A DNA stretch of 64,000 nucleotides from a virus. Lineage: Duplodnaviria > Heunggongvirae > Uroviricota > Caudoviricetes. Positions 1 through 9,361 of this stretch are shown piece after piece (the first letter of the stretch is position 1; the number at the start of each line of letters is the position of its first letter). The DNA lies in IMG/VR virus record IMGVR_UViG_2778261574_000002; one strand, given 5' to 3'. The position numbers and the translations under genes are program-made. The notes under the pieces are model-generated. The model had not been told where the DNA came from. It ran no database searches and was given only the letters and a program-made list of their open reading frames with translations.

Positions 1-567
1 ACAACTTATCAGACAGAAGCTGTGAACAGCGTCAACATGACCGCTGGCCGCATTATTCATCTGATTGATAAGGACATTCGCATCCAGAAAAGCTCGGGGA
101 TCAATGAGCACAGTGCGAAATACATAGAGAACCTGGAAGCAACAAAAGAGCTAATGAAGCAGTACCCGGAGGATGAAAAATTCCGTATGCGTGTACACGG
201 CTTTAGCGAAACAATGCTGCGCGTCCATTACATTTCCAGTAGCCCTAACTACAATGATGGTAAATCAGTTAGTTACCATGTGCCGCTGTGTGGTGTGTTT
301 ATCTGCGATGAAACTCTCCGTGATGGAATCATCATCAACGGTGAATTCGAGAAAGCAAAATTTAGCCTTTATGACTCTATAGAACCGATCATCTGCGACC
401 GCTGGCCGCAGGCAAAAATATATCGCCTGGCAGATATTGAAAATGTAAAAAAACAAATTGCCATCACTCGCGAAGAGAAAAAGGTCAAATCAGCCGCATC
501 AGTTACGCGCAGCCGTAAAACTAAGAAGGGGCAGCCAGTAAACGACAACCCCGAAAGCGCGCAATAG
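1..567 (+). CDS. 3' portion of an ORF that enters from upstream of the window; candidate C1-type immunity repressor
   Basis: Frame 1 is open from nt 1 (..TYQTEAVNSVNMTAGR..) to a stop at 565-567; convergent with pacB. Identity inferred only from position beside the terminase genes. Confidence 0.35.
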   Translation, partial: TTYQTEAVNSVNMTAGRIIHLIDKDIRIQKSSGINEHSAKYIENLEATKELMKQYPEDEKFRMRVHGFSETMLRVHYISSSPNYNDGKSVSYHVPLCGVFICDETLRDGIIINGEFEKAKFSLYDSIEPIICDRWPQAKIYRLADIENVKKQIAITREEKKVKSAASVTRSRKTKKGQPVNDNPESAQ

Positions 568-591
568 TTTCTATCCGGCATGGTCAATGAG

Positions 592-2076
592 TTATTCATT
601 AAGCCATGCCAGAGCTTCATCAACCTGCGCTTCGTCTTCGACGCTAAGCACTTCATCCTGGGGAACATAATCCGCCAGCATAGCGAAACAATATGTATCC
701 CAATGGTCTGGTGAGTGCAGGTTGAGTTTTTTCTTCATATCCTCCTTACTCATCACCTTCCATTGACCTGCGGAGTTAATCCCTACAGGGATTTTCGACG
801 CTTCCTCAATAGTTTCATTACCCTTATCCAGTCTCATACGACCAGATTTTACGGCCTCTGCGGCTTGAACGTTGGCATAAGCACGTTTATCAAAGTACAG
901 GCTCTTATCTTCACGGCTATGCATCTTTTTACCCCAGCGTATACGCTGTACGGTAATACCATAATACTCGTACATCAGATCCGCCGTTGCTTTACCCAAG
1001 CCATCGCCGTCTATCGCTATGGTGATATTTGGGAATCGCTCAGGATTGCATTCTGCGAAAATTTTGGCGGCAAGCTGCGTTTCTGTAACGTCTGTGTATT
1101 CCAGCATTCGATAGTTGATTACACGGCGTTTATTTCGCTGGCCGGACACCATCATGATATTGATAACGGACTTATCCCGTCCCGTACCACCAGCAACGTC
1201 CACACATGCAAGCCAGCCCCATCCTTTGGCAATCTTGACTTTCCGCCGCGTTGCACGTTCAACCTCATCACGTCCAAGAAGGAAGCCATCCTGTGATTTA
1301 GGGAATAGGCCGCGTACCTTAATCATGTACATAGGGTTATCACGCCCGCCGTACTCCGCCAGCTTCATTTTGATAAATGCTGGCGTTACCAGCGGTGATT
1401 CCTCACTGTTAAGCGTGATCGCCGTATAAACGCCATCAGGGTTACCAGGACGCTTGGCCAGTTTATGGTGTGTATCGTAGAAATAGCCGCTTGGGCGTGT
1501 AGGCTGTGACAGTAATAAGATGCGGTTATCCTGTCCGGTAAGAGCACCGGTGATGATACCGAAAGCTCTATCACTGACACCGGAGGCTTCATCGATAATA
1601 TACAGAAGATGATCTGCGTGTTCACCGGCGAGAGCTTCTTCACTTCCCAGACGAAAGCCCTTCGGTACTACAGTCCATACACCTTTACCAGTAACCTCAT
1701 AGAAAGCGGTTTCTGTCAGAACAAAATAATCAGCAAGCCATGGGAAACGGCTGGTGGCAGTAGCCCAGTTTATCTTGATGTACTTGAATATACCGGTCAT
1801 TACCTGCTGAATTTTGTTCGCAACGATAATGGCGCGGGCACCGGGATACATGATTATGAACAACATGATCATGATAGAAGTCATGTCTGATTTCCCGGTA
1901 CCGTGACCAGACGAAACAGATGTCTTGCTACCCTGTTCCTGCACAGACTCAATAATCAGATCCTGCTGCCAGGTAGGTGTTTTGCCGAACAAAACATCAG
2001 CGGCAGCAATCCAGTCATAACGATATAGCGCCACCAGCTCGCGCCAACGTGGATCCGTTACGCAACTTCTGGCCAT
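592..2076 (-). CDS. pacB: terminase large subunit (PacB-like)
   Basis: 494 aa; Walker A-like GHGTGKS and Walker B-like [11 protein letters not shown]; lies immediately downstream of pacA with a 1-nt overlap. Confidence 0.85.
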   Translation of the reverse strand: MARSCVTDPRWRELVALYRYDWIAAADVLFGKTPTWQQDLIIESVQEQGSKTSVSSGHGTGKSDMTSIMIMLFIIMYPGARAIIVANKIQQVMTGIFKYIKINWATATSRFPWLADYFVLTETAFYEVTGKGVWTVVPKGFRLGSEEALAGEHADHLLYIIDEASGVSDRAFGIITGALTGQDNRILLLSQPTRPSGYFYDTHHKLAKRPGNPDGVYTAITLNSEESPLVTPAFIKMKLAEYGGRDNPMYMIKVRGLFPKSQDGFLLGRDEVERATRRKVKIAKGWGWLACVDVAGGTGRDKSVINIMMVSGQRNKRRVINYRMLEYTDVTETQLAAKIFAECNPERFPNITIAIDGDGLGKATADLMYEYYGITVQRIRWGKKMHSREDKSLYFDKRAYANVQAAEAVKSGRMRLDKGNETIEEASKIPVGINSAGQWKVMSKEDMKKKLNLHSPDHWDTYCFAMLADYVPQDEVLSVEDEAQVDEALAWLNE

Positions 2077-3269
2077 TAATCATCATCCCCGTATAGCTTG
2101 CGGGTAACTTCTTCGTCTTCCTCCTCGTCTTCGTCCAGGTCTTGTTCCAGCCATGGGTCGTTTGATACACCTTCAGTATCAACATCTCCATAACCGCCTG
2201 TATCAACGATATCGGCGATTTCTTCCCTACGCTGCTCAATCCACAATGCGGCATCGGCGCGGCGGTTGGCGGCCCGTTCTCGCGCAACTTTGTCCAGATC
2301 TTCAAGAGAAGGGCCACCGACGGCTGTTTGCCTTTCCTCATCATCGGTATTGGTCTTCGGAGCACGCAGATCGGCTTTGATTTGCTCCAGCATCAGGGGC
2401 GGCACTTTCCCGCCATGCGCCTCGATGAATTCAGCTGCTTCCAGCACTGACCAGTTATTTTCACGCTTTCGTTCGTATGCCAGCTTAACAATGCCAGCTT
2501 GCCCCATAGACAAAGCGTGCTTTTCCGCCTCCCGGCTTTCTTTTCGATAGTTATTCCGGATGCTGTAAATGGTGTTGATCAGGCTGCTTATCTGCGCGGA
2601 ACAGCTGTTTAGCATGCTCGCGATACGGTATTCAGGCGGAGTACCTTCATCATCGTCCTTTTGCTGATCGCGCATTTCCTGCACCAGGCGAATACACGTA
2701 TCCCTGGCGTTCTCCAGCATAAGGAGATGAGAAAGAGACTTTTCAAGAAGAGTGGTTTCCAGAACATCGGCCCCGGACCGACGCAACATAGCGCGCGCGG
2801 CCTTCCGCGCTTCAACGTTATCTATCAGGTAATCGCCAGCTTCGAATTCAAAGCGTTCACCATCATCATCCAGGGTGTCGCGTTCCAGGCGATCACGTAA
2901 GGTCCGGTGGGCGCGGGTGATCACGTCATGATCATCTGAACGATCATTTATGCGCTTATTTTGGCGCTTCGCATTCTCGACTGCGGCACTGACAACGGCA
3001 TTAACTCTCTGTTTTTCCGCTATTTCAGCCGCAATATGATCACCTGCATGTTGATCATTAGAGTGATCAATGATCATGCTTTTTAGTGGCTTCCTGACTG
3101 GCTTATTTGGCTTGCGGCTGTCCGCAGTCCTGGTGTCTTCTTTGAAGGCACGGAGATAACGACGTGCGGTATTAGGGTTAAGATTAAACTCGGCGGCATA
3201 CTGTGCGATGGTGTAACCACCATCTCGCGCCAGGCGAGCAAAATTCTTTTTGTGATCGTCCCAGGTCAC
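2076..3269 (-). CDS. pacA: terminase small / pac-recognition subunit (PacA-like)
   Basis: 397 aa; N-terminal HTH-like segment, acidic C-terminus; contains the GATC-hexamer pac site in its 5' third. Confidence 0.8.
   Translation of the reverse strand: MTWDDHKKNFARLARDGGYTIAQYAAEFNLNPNTARRYLRAFKEDTRTADSRKPNKPVRKPLKSMIIDHSNDQHAGDHIAAEIAEKQRVNAVVSAAVENAKRQNKRINDRSDDHDVITRAHRTLRDRLERDTLDDDGERFEFEAGDYLIDNVEARKAARAMLRRSGADVLETTLLEKSLSHLLMLENARDTCIRLVQEMRDQQKDDDEGTPPEYRIASMLNSCSAQISSLINTIYSIRNNYRKESREAEKHALSMGQAGIVKLAYERKRENNWSVLEAAEFIEAHGGKVPPLMLEQIKADLRAPKTNTDDEERQTAVGGPSLEDLDKVARERAANRRADAALWIEQRREEIADIVDTGGYGDVDTEGVSNDPWLEQDLDEDEEEDEEVTRKLYGDDD
2890..3076. other. pac packaging site: two clusters of GATC-containing hexamers
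   Basis: Hexamers at 2891-2896, 2918-2923, 2929-2934, 2941-2946 and 3037-3042, 3052-3057, 3064-3069, 3071-3076, flanking a ~90-bp hexamer-free core. P1 pac is known to be Dam-sensitive hexamer clusters inside pacA. Confidence 0.65.
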
Positions 3270-3354
3270 TTATGCTTCCTTTCGTAAAAACTCTTTTTGA
3301 CGCGAGGGTAACGAAAGTCACATGTCAAAAGGCCCGGAACGGGCAAGCAATCAA

Positions 3355-3807
3355 TCAGATACGTGCGGATGTGGCATTACCGTAATGACGGTGCTGACGG
3401 GCCACCTTATTGAAAAGTTGACGCGCCATTACCCAAGGCTGGTGCTCCCGGCGTTCCTTTTCGTCCTGCGTCATATAGAGTTCGTTCTGGAGTTTTTCAT
3501 CAAACCGGCGCGGAGCGCGGCTACGGCGAAAGAATTCAGGATTCAGAGAGTGGATCTGAAATCTACGTGGGCGTGTACTGTCATCAATCAAAACAGACGA
3601 ATACTTAGACACAGCGATAGCCTTTAAGCGCAGATAAACATCGCGCTTATCGACATCCAGATGCGGGTATTCCTTTTCAAGAATTGCTGCGAGTTCTTTC
3701 GCTGATAGAAGAGATTTAGTGCGGATCATGTAATCCGCAATCTCGTACGATGTTATTCGTGAGTGTTTTATTTCCATGAAGTGGCGTCCCTGCCAGTTAA
3801 GTAACAT
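3355..3807 (-). CDS. lpa: late promoter activator (Lpa-like), 150 aa
   Basis: Sits just upstream of pacA on the same strand; AGGTGA ribosome-binding site before the ATG at 3807; operator-like site ~70 bp upstream. Assignment is by position and size. Confidence 0.5.
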   Translation of the reverse strand: MLLNWQGRHFMEIKHSRITSYEIADYMIRTKSLLSAKELAAILEKEYPHLDVDKRDVYLRLKAIAVSKYSSVLIDDSTRPRRFQIHSLNPEFFRRSRAPRRFDEKLQNELYMTQDEKERREHQPWVMARQLFNKVARQHRHYGNATSARI

Positions 3808-3877
3808 CCTGTCACCTACTGATTAGCCCATGTCAACTAATCAACGTGGAATATAATACCCTCGATTAAAGAAATAG

Positions 3878-3894
3878 CAATACATTAGAGCAAT
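3878..3894 (-). promoter_or_regulatory. C1 operator-like 17-mer (14/17 match)
   Basis: CAATACATTAGAGCAAT on the + strand against AAATTTATTAGAGCAAT; located upstream of the lpa start. Confidence 0.4.
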
Positions 3895-3895
3895 T

Positions 3896-4939
3896 TTATC
3901 TAACGCTCGACGAGTGACTTGTGATAGCGCCGACTCCAAGCGCGTAATCAAAGAACAATCGTTGATGCATCGCCAGCCTACCGTGCGTCTTCTCCCAATT
4001 ATCGCGGTCACGCTCAATATCACGCTGGCATGACTGGCACAGAGGAATTGCGTAAATGTCATGCGCGCATAATCGACTATGACGAACGATATAAGGCGTA
4101 ATGTGAGCGCCAGCTCCCGCCGCTCCACACCCACAGCATGGACGGGAAGCAACAAAGTCCATGTACTCAGGTAATTTTAGCGATTGCAGTTTTGGTATTT
4201 TGAAATGCGCCATGCCAGGGTCGGAGTCAACATCCACAGAGCATACTTTTGCACGCATCGGCGCGGCGCGTTCTTCCATCATCTGAACATATGCTGTAGC
4301 GCGATCGTCATACGGGCGAATATCTGCCTCTTTCAGAGGTCCGCTATCCTGCGTTGCGGCTTTCATCTTATTTATTGATATACGGCAAACTTCTTCCGGC
4401 ATCAGGTGCATCATGTTGCGCATGAAAGCCCACCAGCACAGTTCCTGAATACTTAAATCATGGCCATCTGAAAGCCCCATTTCCTGACGGGCGACATCCA
4501 GTATCCAGTTAACGCGATTATTATGCAGCGTTTCTTTCAGCTCATTAAAACCACGCATCCGGTAATGGTTATCGTGATGCCAGCACAACAACACCGCGCT
4601 ATTGTCTCGTTCAGCGTGGACAATATGGTTGTCACACCAACTACGATCTGCGGCCTGGCATTGACCCTCTTTCCTACGCAACCACGCCACCAGCGCGTCA
4701 ATTCCACCAATACGGCGAAACAGTTCATCGCTGTTAAAAAACGGCTGCAACGCCTCATTTGTTGCCATAGTTTGCTCGGAAACAACGAGGCCGTCGTCCA
4801 TGTGCTCGATTAACTCACGCGGCACCGGCTCCATAATAAATTTACGGCCAGCCTCCACCAGCTTTCTGACTTCCTGATCCACTTTGAATGTGGCGACGCC
4901 AAGCTCTTTTTGTACAAAGGGAGTAATTACGGCTTTCAC
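3896..4939 (-). CDS. hypothetical protein with Cys/His-rich C-terminal motif (pdcB position)
   Basis: 347 aa; GAAGGTG ribosome-binding site; C-terminal CCGCG..H..C..H..CQSCQ cluster suggests a zinc-binding or nuclease-like domain. Confidence 0.55.
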   Translation of the reverse strand: MKAVITPFVQKELGVATFKVDQEVRKLVEAGRKFIMEPVPRELIEHMDDGLVVSEQTMATNEALQPFFNSDELFRRIGGIDALVAWLRRKEGQCQAADRSWCDNHIVHAERDNSAVLLCWHHDNHYRMRGFNELKETLHNNRVNWILDVARQEMGLSDGHDLSIQELCWWAFMRNMMHLMPEEVCRISINKMKAATQDSGPLKEADIRPYDDRATAYVQMMEERAAPMRAKVCSVDVDSDPGMAHFKIPKLQSLKLPEYMDFVASRPCCGCGAAGAGAHITPYIVRHSRLCAHDIYAIPLCQSCQRDIERDRDNWEKTHGRLAMHQRLFFDYALGVGAITSHSSSVR

Positions 4940-4966
4940 ATCACACCTTTCATCACTGATTGGGCT

Positions 4967-5146
4967 TTATCTGCTGCCCGGCATTCTCTGTTTAAGCACA
5001 ACCATTTCCTGACGGCATAACACAGCAATAGCGGTCCTGGCACCAATTTGCTTACCAACCAGGTATTGCTTTACCTCGCGGCGACTCACGCCATCAAGAA
5101 GCATCTTTAACGCTCTACGGGACAATTTGTTGTATTTACGTGCCAT
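4967..5146 (-). CDS. small basic HTH-like protein
   Basis: 59 aa from an internal ATG (MARKYNKLSRRALKML..) preceded by GGAG; starts 5 nt after the doc stop. Confidence 0.4.
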   Translation of the reverse strand: MARKYNKLSRRALKMLLDGVSRREVKQYLVGKQIGARTAIAVLCRQEMVVLKQRMPGSR

Positions 5147-5150
5147 TGAT

Positions 5151-5531
5151 CTACTCCGCAGAACCATACAATCTACGTAACGTGGCGGCGACAGTAGATA
5201 CAGATATCTCTCCGGTCGCAGCCCCTACGGTAAGGTCTACCAGTTCAGGGGAGTCAAATACCTGCACCCCGTTACGGCGTAGAAATAACAGCGCACTGTT
5301 TAGCGCGGTACGCTTATTGGCATCATTGAATATATGCCCTCTCGCTGTAGCCACCAGGTAGGTGGCGGAGACTTCGAAAAGGTCGGTGATCTCTTCGTAG
5401 GCAACTCTGGCCTGAACTCTCCCGATAATGGCCTCTGCCCTACCCGGATCAGACATTCCCGGCAGGCCGCCGTAGCGGCTTATATTCGCATCATGAAGCG
5501 CAACAAGTTCTTCCGGTGATATATGTCTCAT
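5151..5531 (-). CDS. doc: Doc toxin (Fic-family)
   Basis: 126 aa, [36 protein letters not shown].. recognised as P1 Doc; start overlaps the phd stop (ATGA). Confidence 0.95.
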
Positions 5532-5752
5532 TATCGGTTAACCAGTTCCTTGTTGGTGGAGTCCAGGGTGTCAAACAGGGATGCAAATTCAGCATCCAGC
5601 GCCGCTTTTTTGTAGGCTTCGAAAGTAGCCTTGCTGACAATTACTGCTGGCTCACGGCCTCTGCGGGTGATTTCAACCTCTTCCCCGGCTTCAACATTGT
5701 TGAGCACTTCAGAAAGGTTGCCACGCGCGGTACGGAAGTTAATGGATTGCAT
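5531..5752 (-). CDS. phd: Phd antitoxin
   Basis: 73 aa from [39 protein letters not shown]..; recognised as P1 Phd; the ORF-track start at 5758 adds two residues. Confidence 0.95.
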   Translation of the reverse strand: MQSINFRTARGNLSEVLNNVEAGEEVEITRRGREPAVIVSKATFEAYKKAALDAEFASLFDTLDSTNKELVNR

Positions 5753-5760
5753 AAACACCT

Positions 5761-5783
5761 CGTGTACTCGTTATGTGTACACA
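5761..5783. promoter_or_regulatory. candidate Phd/Doc autoregulatory operator (GTGTAC palindromes)
   Basis: CGTGTACTCG..TGTGTACACA immediately upstream of phd. Confidence 0.45.
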
Positions 5784-5824
5784 ATTATAAACTTCACAGG
5801 CATAAAGCACCAGCACTTTGCAGC

Positions 5825-6214
5825 TTAAATAACCGGACAATCATCAAATTCCCCACTTCGGGCATCATTGATGACATGAGTGATCACACCAAAAACAGCA
5901 TTACTGCCCGTGTATCCATCGTCATCTACTGGTAACGCCTCTTTCTTCCCGGTGCTTAAGTCCTCCAGGTGCTGGCGCGGATACTTCCTGTATCTCTTTA
6001 TGCGATATTCACCCTCCATAGCGCACACAAGCAGAGAACCATCAACCGGAGTAAGCGAGGAATCAACCACCAGCAAAGCTCCCTGCAATATTCCCTCACG
6101 GTGATGGCTATCAGCTGCCCGCATGAAGTAGGTCGCTGAAGGATGTCTAATTATCTGCTGATCAAGAGAAATTCGGCTTTCAACATAATCCGCCGCAGGA
6201 GAAGGGAAGCCCAT
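5825..6214 (-). CDS. humD: UmuD-like S24 peptidase (HumD-like)
   Basis: 129 aa; LexA/UmuD-type C-terminal domain (..GDSM-like region, ..YRIKRY..); LexA box 20 bp upstream. Confidence 0.8.
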   Translation of the reverse strand: MGFPSPAADYVESRISLDQQIIRHPSATYFMRAADSHHREGILQGALLVVDSSLTPVDGSLLVCAMEGEYRIKRYRKYPRQHLEDLSTGKKEALPVDDDGYTGSNAVFGVITHVINDARSGEFDDCPVI

Positions 6215-6234
6215 AGCGTTTTACCTCAATGATA

Positions 6235-6250
6235 CTGTTTATTCATACAG
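6235..6250. promoter_or_regulatory. LexA (SOS) box
   Basis: CTGTTTATTCATACAG (CTG-N10-CAG), embedded in TACTG..CAGTA, upstream of humD. Confidence 0.7.
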
Positions 6251-6337
6251 TATACATTGAAAAGGCATAGTTTGTGAAAGCGGGGTTTGTAGGCGCGCCA
6301 CGCTGGGGGCTAATCACATTTCTCCCCCATCTTGCCG

Positions 6338-6589
6338 TTATTTTTTTGGTGCATCCTCGTTCTGATACACCGGATCGCTCCCTTTTGGCAACTGGAGGCT
6401 TAACTGCCGGTAGTGCCGTAGCCGTTCCATGAAATAGGCGCGCAGGTTTTCCGGTTGCTCACGGGCCACCTGCTCTGCAATCACAGGTATATTCAGCCGT
6501 TCTTTGTAAGCAACGCCGCTGGCGGCAAGGTCTACGTTCACCTTGTCTCGCTCTTCCTGGCTTTTAGCTGCTATATTTCGATCTGACAC
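6338..6589 (-). CDS. hot: homolog of DNA polymerase III theta subunit (Hot-like)
   Basis: 83 aa; [39 protein letters not shown] resembles HolE theta. Confidence 0.8.
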   Translation of the reverse strand: MSDRNIAAKSQEERDKVNVDLAASGVAYKERLNIPVIAEQVAREQPENLRAYFMERLRHYRQLSLQLPKGSDPVYQNEDAPKK

Positions 6590-6621
6590 AAGAAACCTCC
6601 AGGAGTTAGTGGATCAGGCAC

Positions 6622-6972
6622 ATGCACAATAACGTTCTCAATGTTAGCCGTTCAATTCAGACAATCAGAGACTGCACCAGTGTGGTGGCATCAATCCCAT
6701 TGCGAAACAGCATAGACGAACTGCAAATTCGTGTATTGAATCCGAATCAGGCTAATAAGCAATTGCGCTTTATTTTGACGCTGAAAAGTGAAACAGAGGG
6801 GATAAAGCACAGCGTAAAAGTGTTTTCTGAGGCCATTCTGCTTAATGGGAAGCTCCGGCATCTGGTAAGGCCAGAACGTCAATATCCTGACGTCCTGGCG
6901 CGTGAAAAAGACCTTCTTTCTGAAGTTCAGGATAGGGTGATCGATTTCGTCAAATGCTATCCCCTGCATTGA
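6622..6972 (+). CDS. hypothetical protein (strand assignment ambiguous)
   Basis: 116-aa ORF fully overlapping a 92-aa minus-strand ORF (6691-6969); + ORF has the more protein-like composition but a weak ribosome-binding site. Confidence 0.25.
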   Translation: MHNNVLNVSRSIQTIRDCTSVVASIPLRNSIDELQIRVLNPNQANKQLRFILTLKSETEGIKHSVKVFSEAILLNGKLRHLVRPERQYPDVLAREKDLLSEVQDRVIDFVKCYPLH

Positions 6973-7241
6973 GGGCAGGTGTTCCCTTCCGCAAAGTAGG
7001 GAAAATTGCTATCAAGTTCATCACACCATCTGCGATGGTCGTAGCACCAAAACGCCTCCCACGGTGCACGGAAATACTTCATCCACCAGGACACTCGATC
7101 AGGTATATCTGCTGGTGGCAGTTCTTCTGGCAATAATTTGCCTGATAATTCCCTTTCCGCCCGCGACAGCATTTTTTTGAGGCTCGCGTTCTCTTTTTCA
7201 AGCTCATCTACGCGCACCTGTAATTCAGCTTTCGTTGGCAT
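6957..7241 (-). CDS. hypothetical coiled-coil protein
   Basis: Internal start MPTKAELQVRVDELEKENASLKK with AGGTGG ribosome-binding site; overlaps the stop of the upstream gene. Confidence 0.4.
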   Translation of the reverse strand: MPTKAELQVRVDELEKENASLKKMLSRAERELSGKLLPEELPPADIPDRVSWWMKYFRAPWEAFWCYDHRRWCDELDSNFPYFAEGNTCPQCRG

Positions 7242-7875
7242 GGTCCACCTCATGCTTTTCAGCCACCAGCGGCAATAAAGCCCTGGCCATCTTATGAACC
7301 AATAGTGCATCAATAATGCCAAGCGTATGCCCCGGCTTAATGTTTAATGCCGCCTCAAGGCGACACCTTTCCAGGCCACTTTTCTCGGCTTGTTTATGAT
7401 GATCTGGTGTAATAACGTCGCCCAAAACACGGCTTATTCTTTCTCGTAATTGCTGGGTGCCAGCACACTTGATCGCTGTATCGTGGAGACGGTTAACCAG
7501 TTCGCGATAAACATGCGGCTTAATTCGGATACGTTCACCGGTGACGCCCTTTCCTGGTGCTGGCACCGAACTATCCGGAATATCCGGATAGTTGCCAGCC
7601 TCGTAAGCTACCCGCAGCCAGTGCATGAATGTTTCAGTGGACACACAACCACAGTCCACATCGATTTTCCCGCGTTGCTGTTCCAGCCAATGCTCAAAAT
7701 TCAATCTACACGTATTACTTTCATGTTGCTCTTTTTGTCTCAAGGCCAGCATCTGCTGGGCTATTTCCAATACTTCATCTGCCGTATATCCAGCACCGTG
7801 ACCATACATTTCGATACGGGAAATAATCTCTGATATGCGCTCTTCAGTGATTCTGGTCATTTCTTTTTGCGCCAT
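7225..7875 (-). CDS. hypothetical protein, 216 aa
   Basis: Long ORF on the operon strand; no recognisable motif. Confidence 0.5.
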   Translation of the reverse strand: MAQKEMTRITEERISEIISRIEMYGHGAGYTADEVLEIAQQMLALRQKEQHESNTCRLNFEHWLEQQRGKIDVDCGCVSTETFMHWLRVAYEAGNYPDIPDSSVPAPGKGVTGERIRIKPHVYRELVNRLHDTAIKCAGTQQLRERISRVLGDVITPDHHKQAEKSGLERCRLEAALNIKPGHTLGIIDALLVHKMARALLPLVAEKHEVDHANES

Positions 7876-8231
7876 TTCTTTTCACATTCCTTAGTCCATT
7901 TTTCAATGTTCATTTTGGCAATATCAGTCATTCCATCACCTAAGAAATACTTTTTCCGGTACGTCTTGCACTTAAACCACACTACAACAGCCACCAACCA
8001 GAAAATAAAAGGCCATACAGCAATACCAACTCCAGCCGCGATAAAGCCCAATAGCCATAAATGAAGCTCTCCAACTTCTGTTTGCGGCAATATTCTTAAA
8101 GAATTAAACAGCAGACTGAAGGAATGGTCGTATGCATTGGCGGTATAAGACATGCAATCCATATAATTAAAGTCATAGCCTGCGGCTGCCGCCCATAATG
8201 GGCGGTCAAGAAAATGTTTTAGTGTCATCAT
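7857..8231 (-). CDS. hypothetical membrane protein
   Basis: 124 aa; hydrophobic stretch LWLLGFIAAGVGIAVWPFIFWLVAVVVWF; AT-rich coding sequence. Confidence 0.45.
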   Translation of the reverse strand: MMTLKHFLDRPLWAAAAGYDFNYMDCMSYTANAYDHSFSLLFNSLRILPQTEVGELHLWLLGFIAAGVGIAVWPFIFWLVAVVVWFKCKTYRKKYFLGDGMTDIAKMNIEKWTKECEKKWRKKK

Positions 8232-8237
8232 ATAAAT

Positions 8238-8627
8238 TTAAGGTTCAGACCAGTTATCTTCAATAGCAATGCTTAATCTTTGTAGCCATTCTGCTAATTT
8301 CAGCATTGCTTCTCTTTCGCTTAAACCACGAGGAAAATCATCAAGCGAAATTGTTGGCTTGAAGCCCCCGTAATTATCCATTTCAACAGTCAGATTTTGC
8401 TCCAGCACGGTATTCCTTACGCGGCTATTGTGCCGAAGCAAATATACTGAACGTGATTTATTGGTTTTATGGTCAAACTGATATTCGGTAAGTATCATCT
8501 GGCTTTTGCCATGACTATTACCTCTCCACATACCTACCTCACTTAATAAAACAACTCCATGCGTAGTTGATGATTTTTTCCTACGTAATATAAATCTGCA
8601 CTCCGGCAGTAAAACCAAAGCCAACAA
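8238..8627 (-). CDS. hypothetical protein
   Basis: 129-aa ORF, start uncertain; AT-rich. Confidence 0.4.
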   Translation of the reverse strand: MLALVLLPECRFILRRKKSSTTHGVVLLSEVGMWRGNSHGKSQMILTEYQFDHKTNKSRSVYLLRHNSRVRNTVLEQNLTVEMDNYGGFKPTISLDDFPRGLSEREAMLKLAEWLQRLSIAIEDNWSEP

Positions 8628-8709
8628 TTGCTGAAAAAATCAAAACATTTACTTTTGACATTATAAATTTTCTCTCGGTGTCGTAGGTGATAGCACCATA
8701 ATTGATAAT

Positions 8710-8961
8710 TTAGTGAGTTAGCAGTTCCATTTTTTGGATGATTTCCGCATGAGCATCATCGTTATCAACACTTAACTCGTTTAATGCCTCTCGCACCACA
8801 TCAACTTCTTCTGGTTGGAAGAAATCATCTCGGTAGTCACCAAATAGAACCGAAACAAGCCTGCCACCAGCAACATCAAGATTGGCGCTAACAGGTGGCT
8901 CTTTGCCATCCTCAAATTCGACTACAAAAGTTATTTTTCCCATCGTTACCACCAGCGACAA
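8710..8961 (-). CDS. small acidic hypothetical protein
   Basis: ~80 aa (MGKITFVVEFEDGKEPP..). Confidence 0.4.
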   Translation of the reverse strand: MSLVVTMGKITFVVEFEDGKEPPVSANLDVAGGRLVSVLFGDYRDDFFQPEEVDVVREALNELSVDNDDAHAEIIQKMELLTH

Positions 8962-9028
8962 ATTGAATACAAACCCAGTGCTGCCGCCATCACAATTCCT
9001 ACCGTTGCGAATGCTTCAGGCCAGCTCG

Positions 9029-9361
9029 TTATCTCACCTCCAGTCTCCATACCGCCTGACCAATCCGGCTGGCATGGGTATCTTTGGATACTGTTCCGTC
9101 TTTAGCCATCTCCATAAGAATTTTGCGCAAATCTGCCGAACGCCATTCTTCATCAGGAAATTCCTTCTCCATTGCCAACCGCAGATTCCAGGTTGCCATC
9201 CTGAATGGATATTCCCCGCCGAGAGCTTTATCTTGCAGGGCAGCCCGGGAACGCATCACCTGCAAAACCTTCTCTTTTACATTCATCATTTCGCCTCCTG
9301 CGGCGGTTCTGGTAGCGGCATCCAGTGTGACGGTTTCCACGACGCACCAGGAATTATCCAA
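9029..9361 (-). CDS. hypothetical protein
   Basis: 110-aa ORF; overlaps the 3' end of the upstream gene. Confidence 0.4.
   Translation of the reverse strand: MDNSWCVVETVTLDAATRTAAGGEMMNVKEKVLQVMRSRAALQDKALGGEYPFRMATWNLRLAMEKEFPDEEWRSADLRKILMEMAKDGTVSKDTHASRIGQAVWRLEVR

Noticed and set aside
715-1296. 193-aa plus-strand ORF inside pacB
   Set aside because: Antisense to a well-supported terminase gene; no independent support. The same applies to the many other short antisense ORFs in the six-frame track (for example 32630-33118 inside dmt and 56977-57273 inside sit).
3279-3320. Imperfect inverted repeat and GTGACTTTC half-motif upstream of pacA
   Set aside because: Resembles the late-promoter motif, but the expected TA[A/G]AAT element at the right spacing is missing, so it is not called as a promoter.
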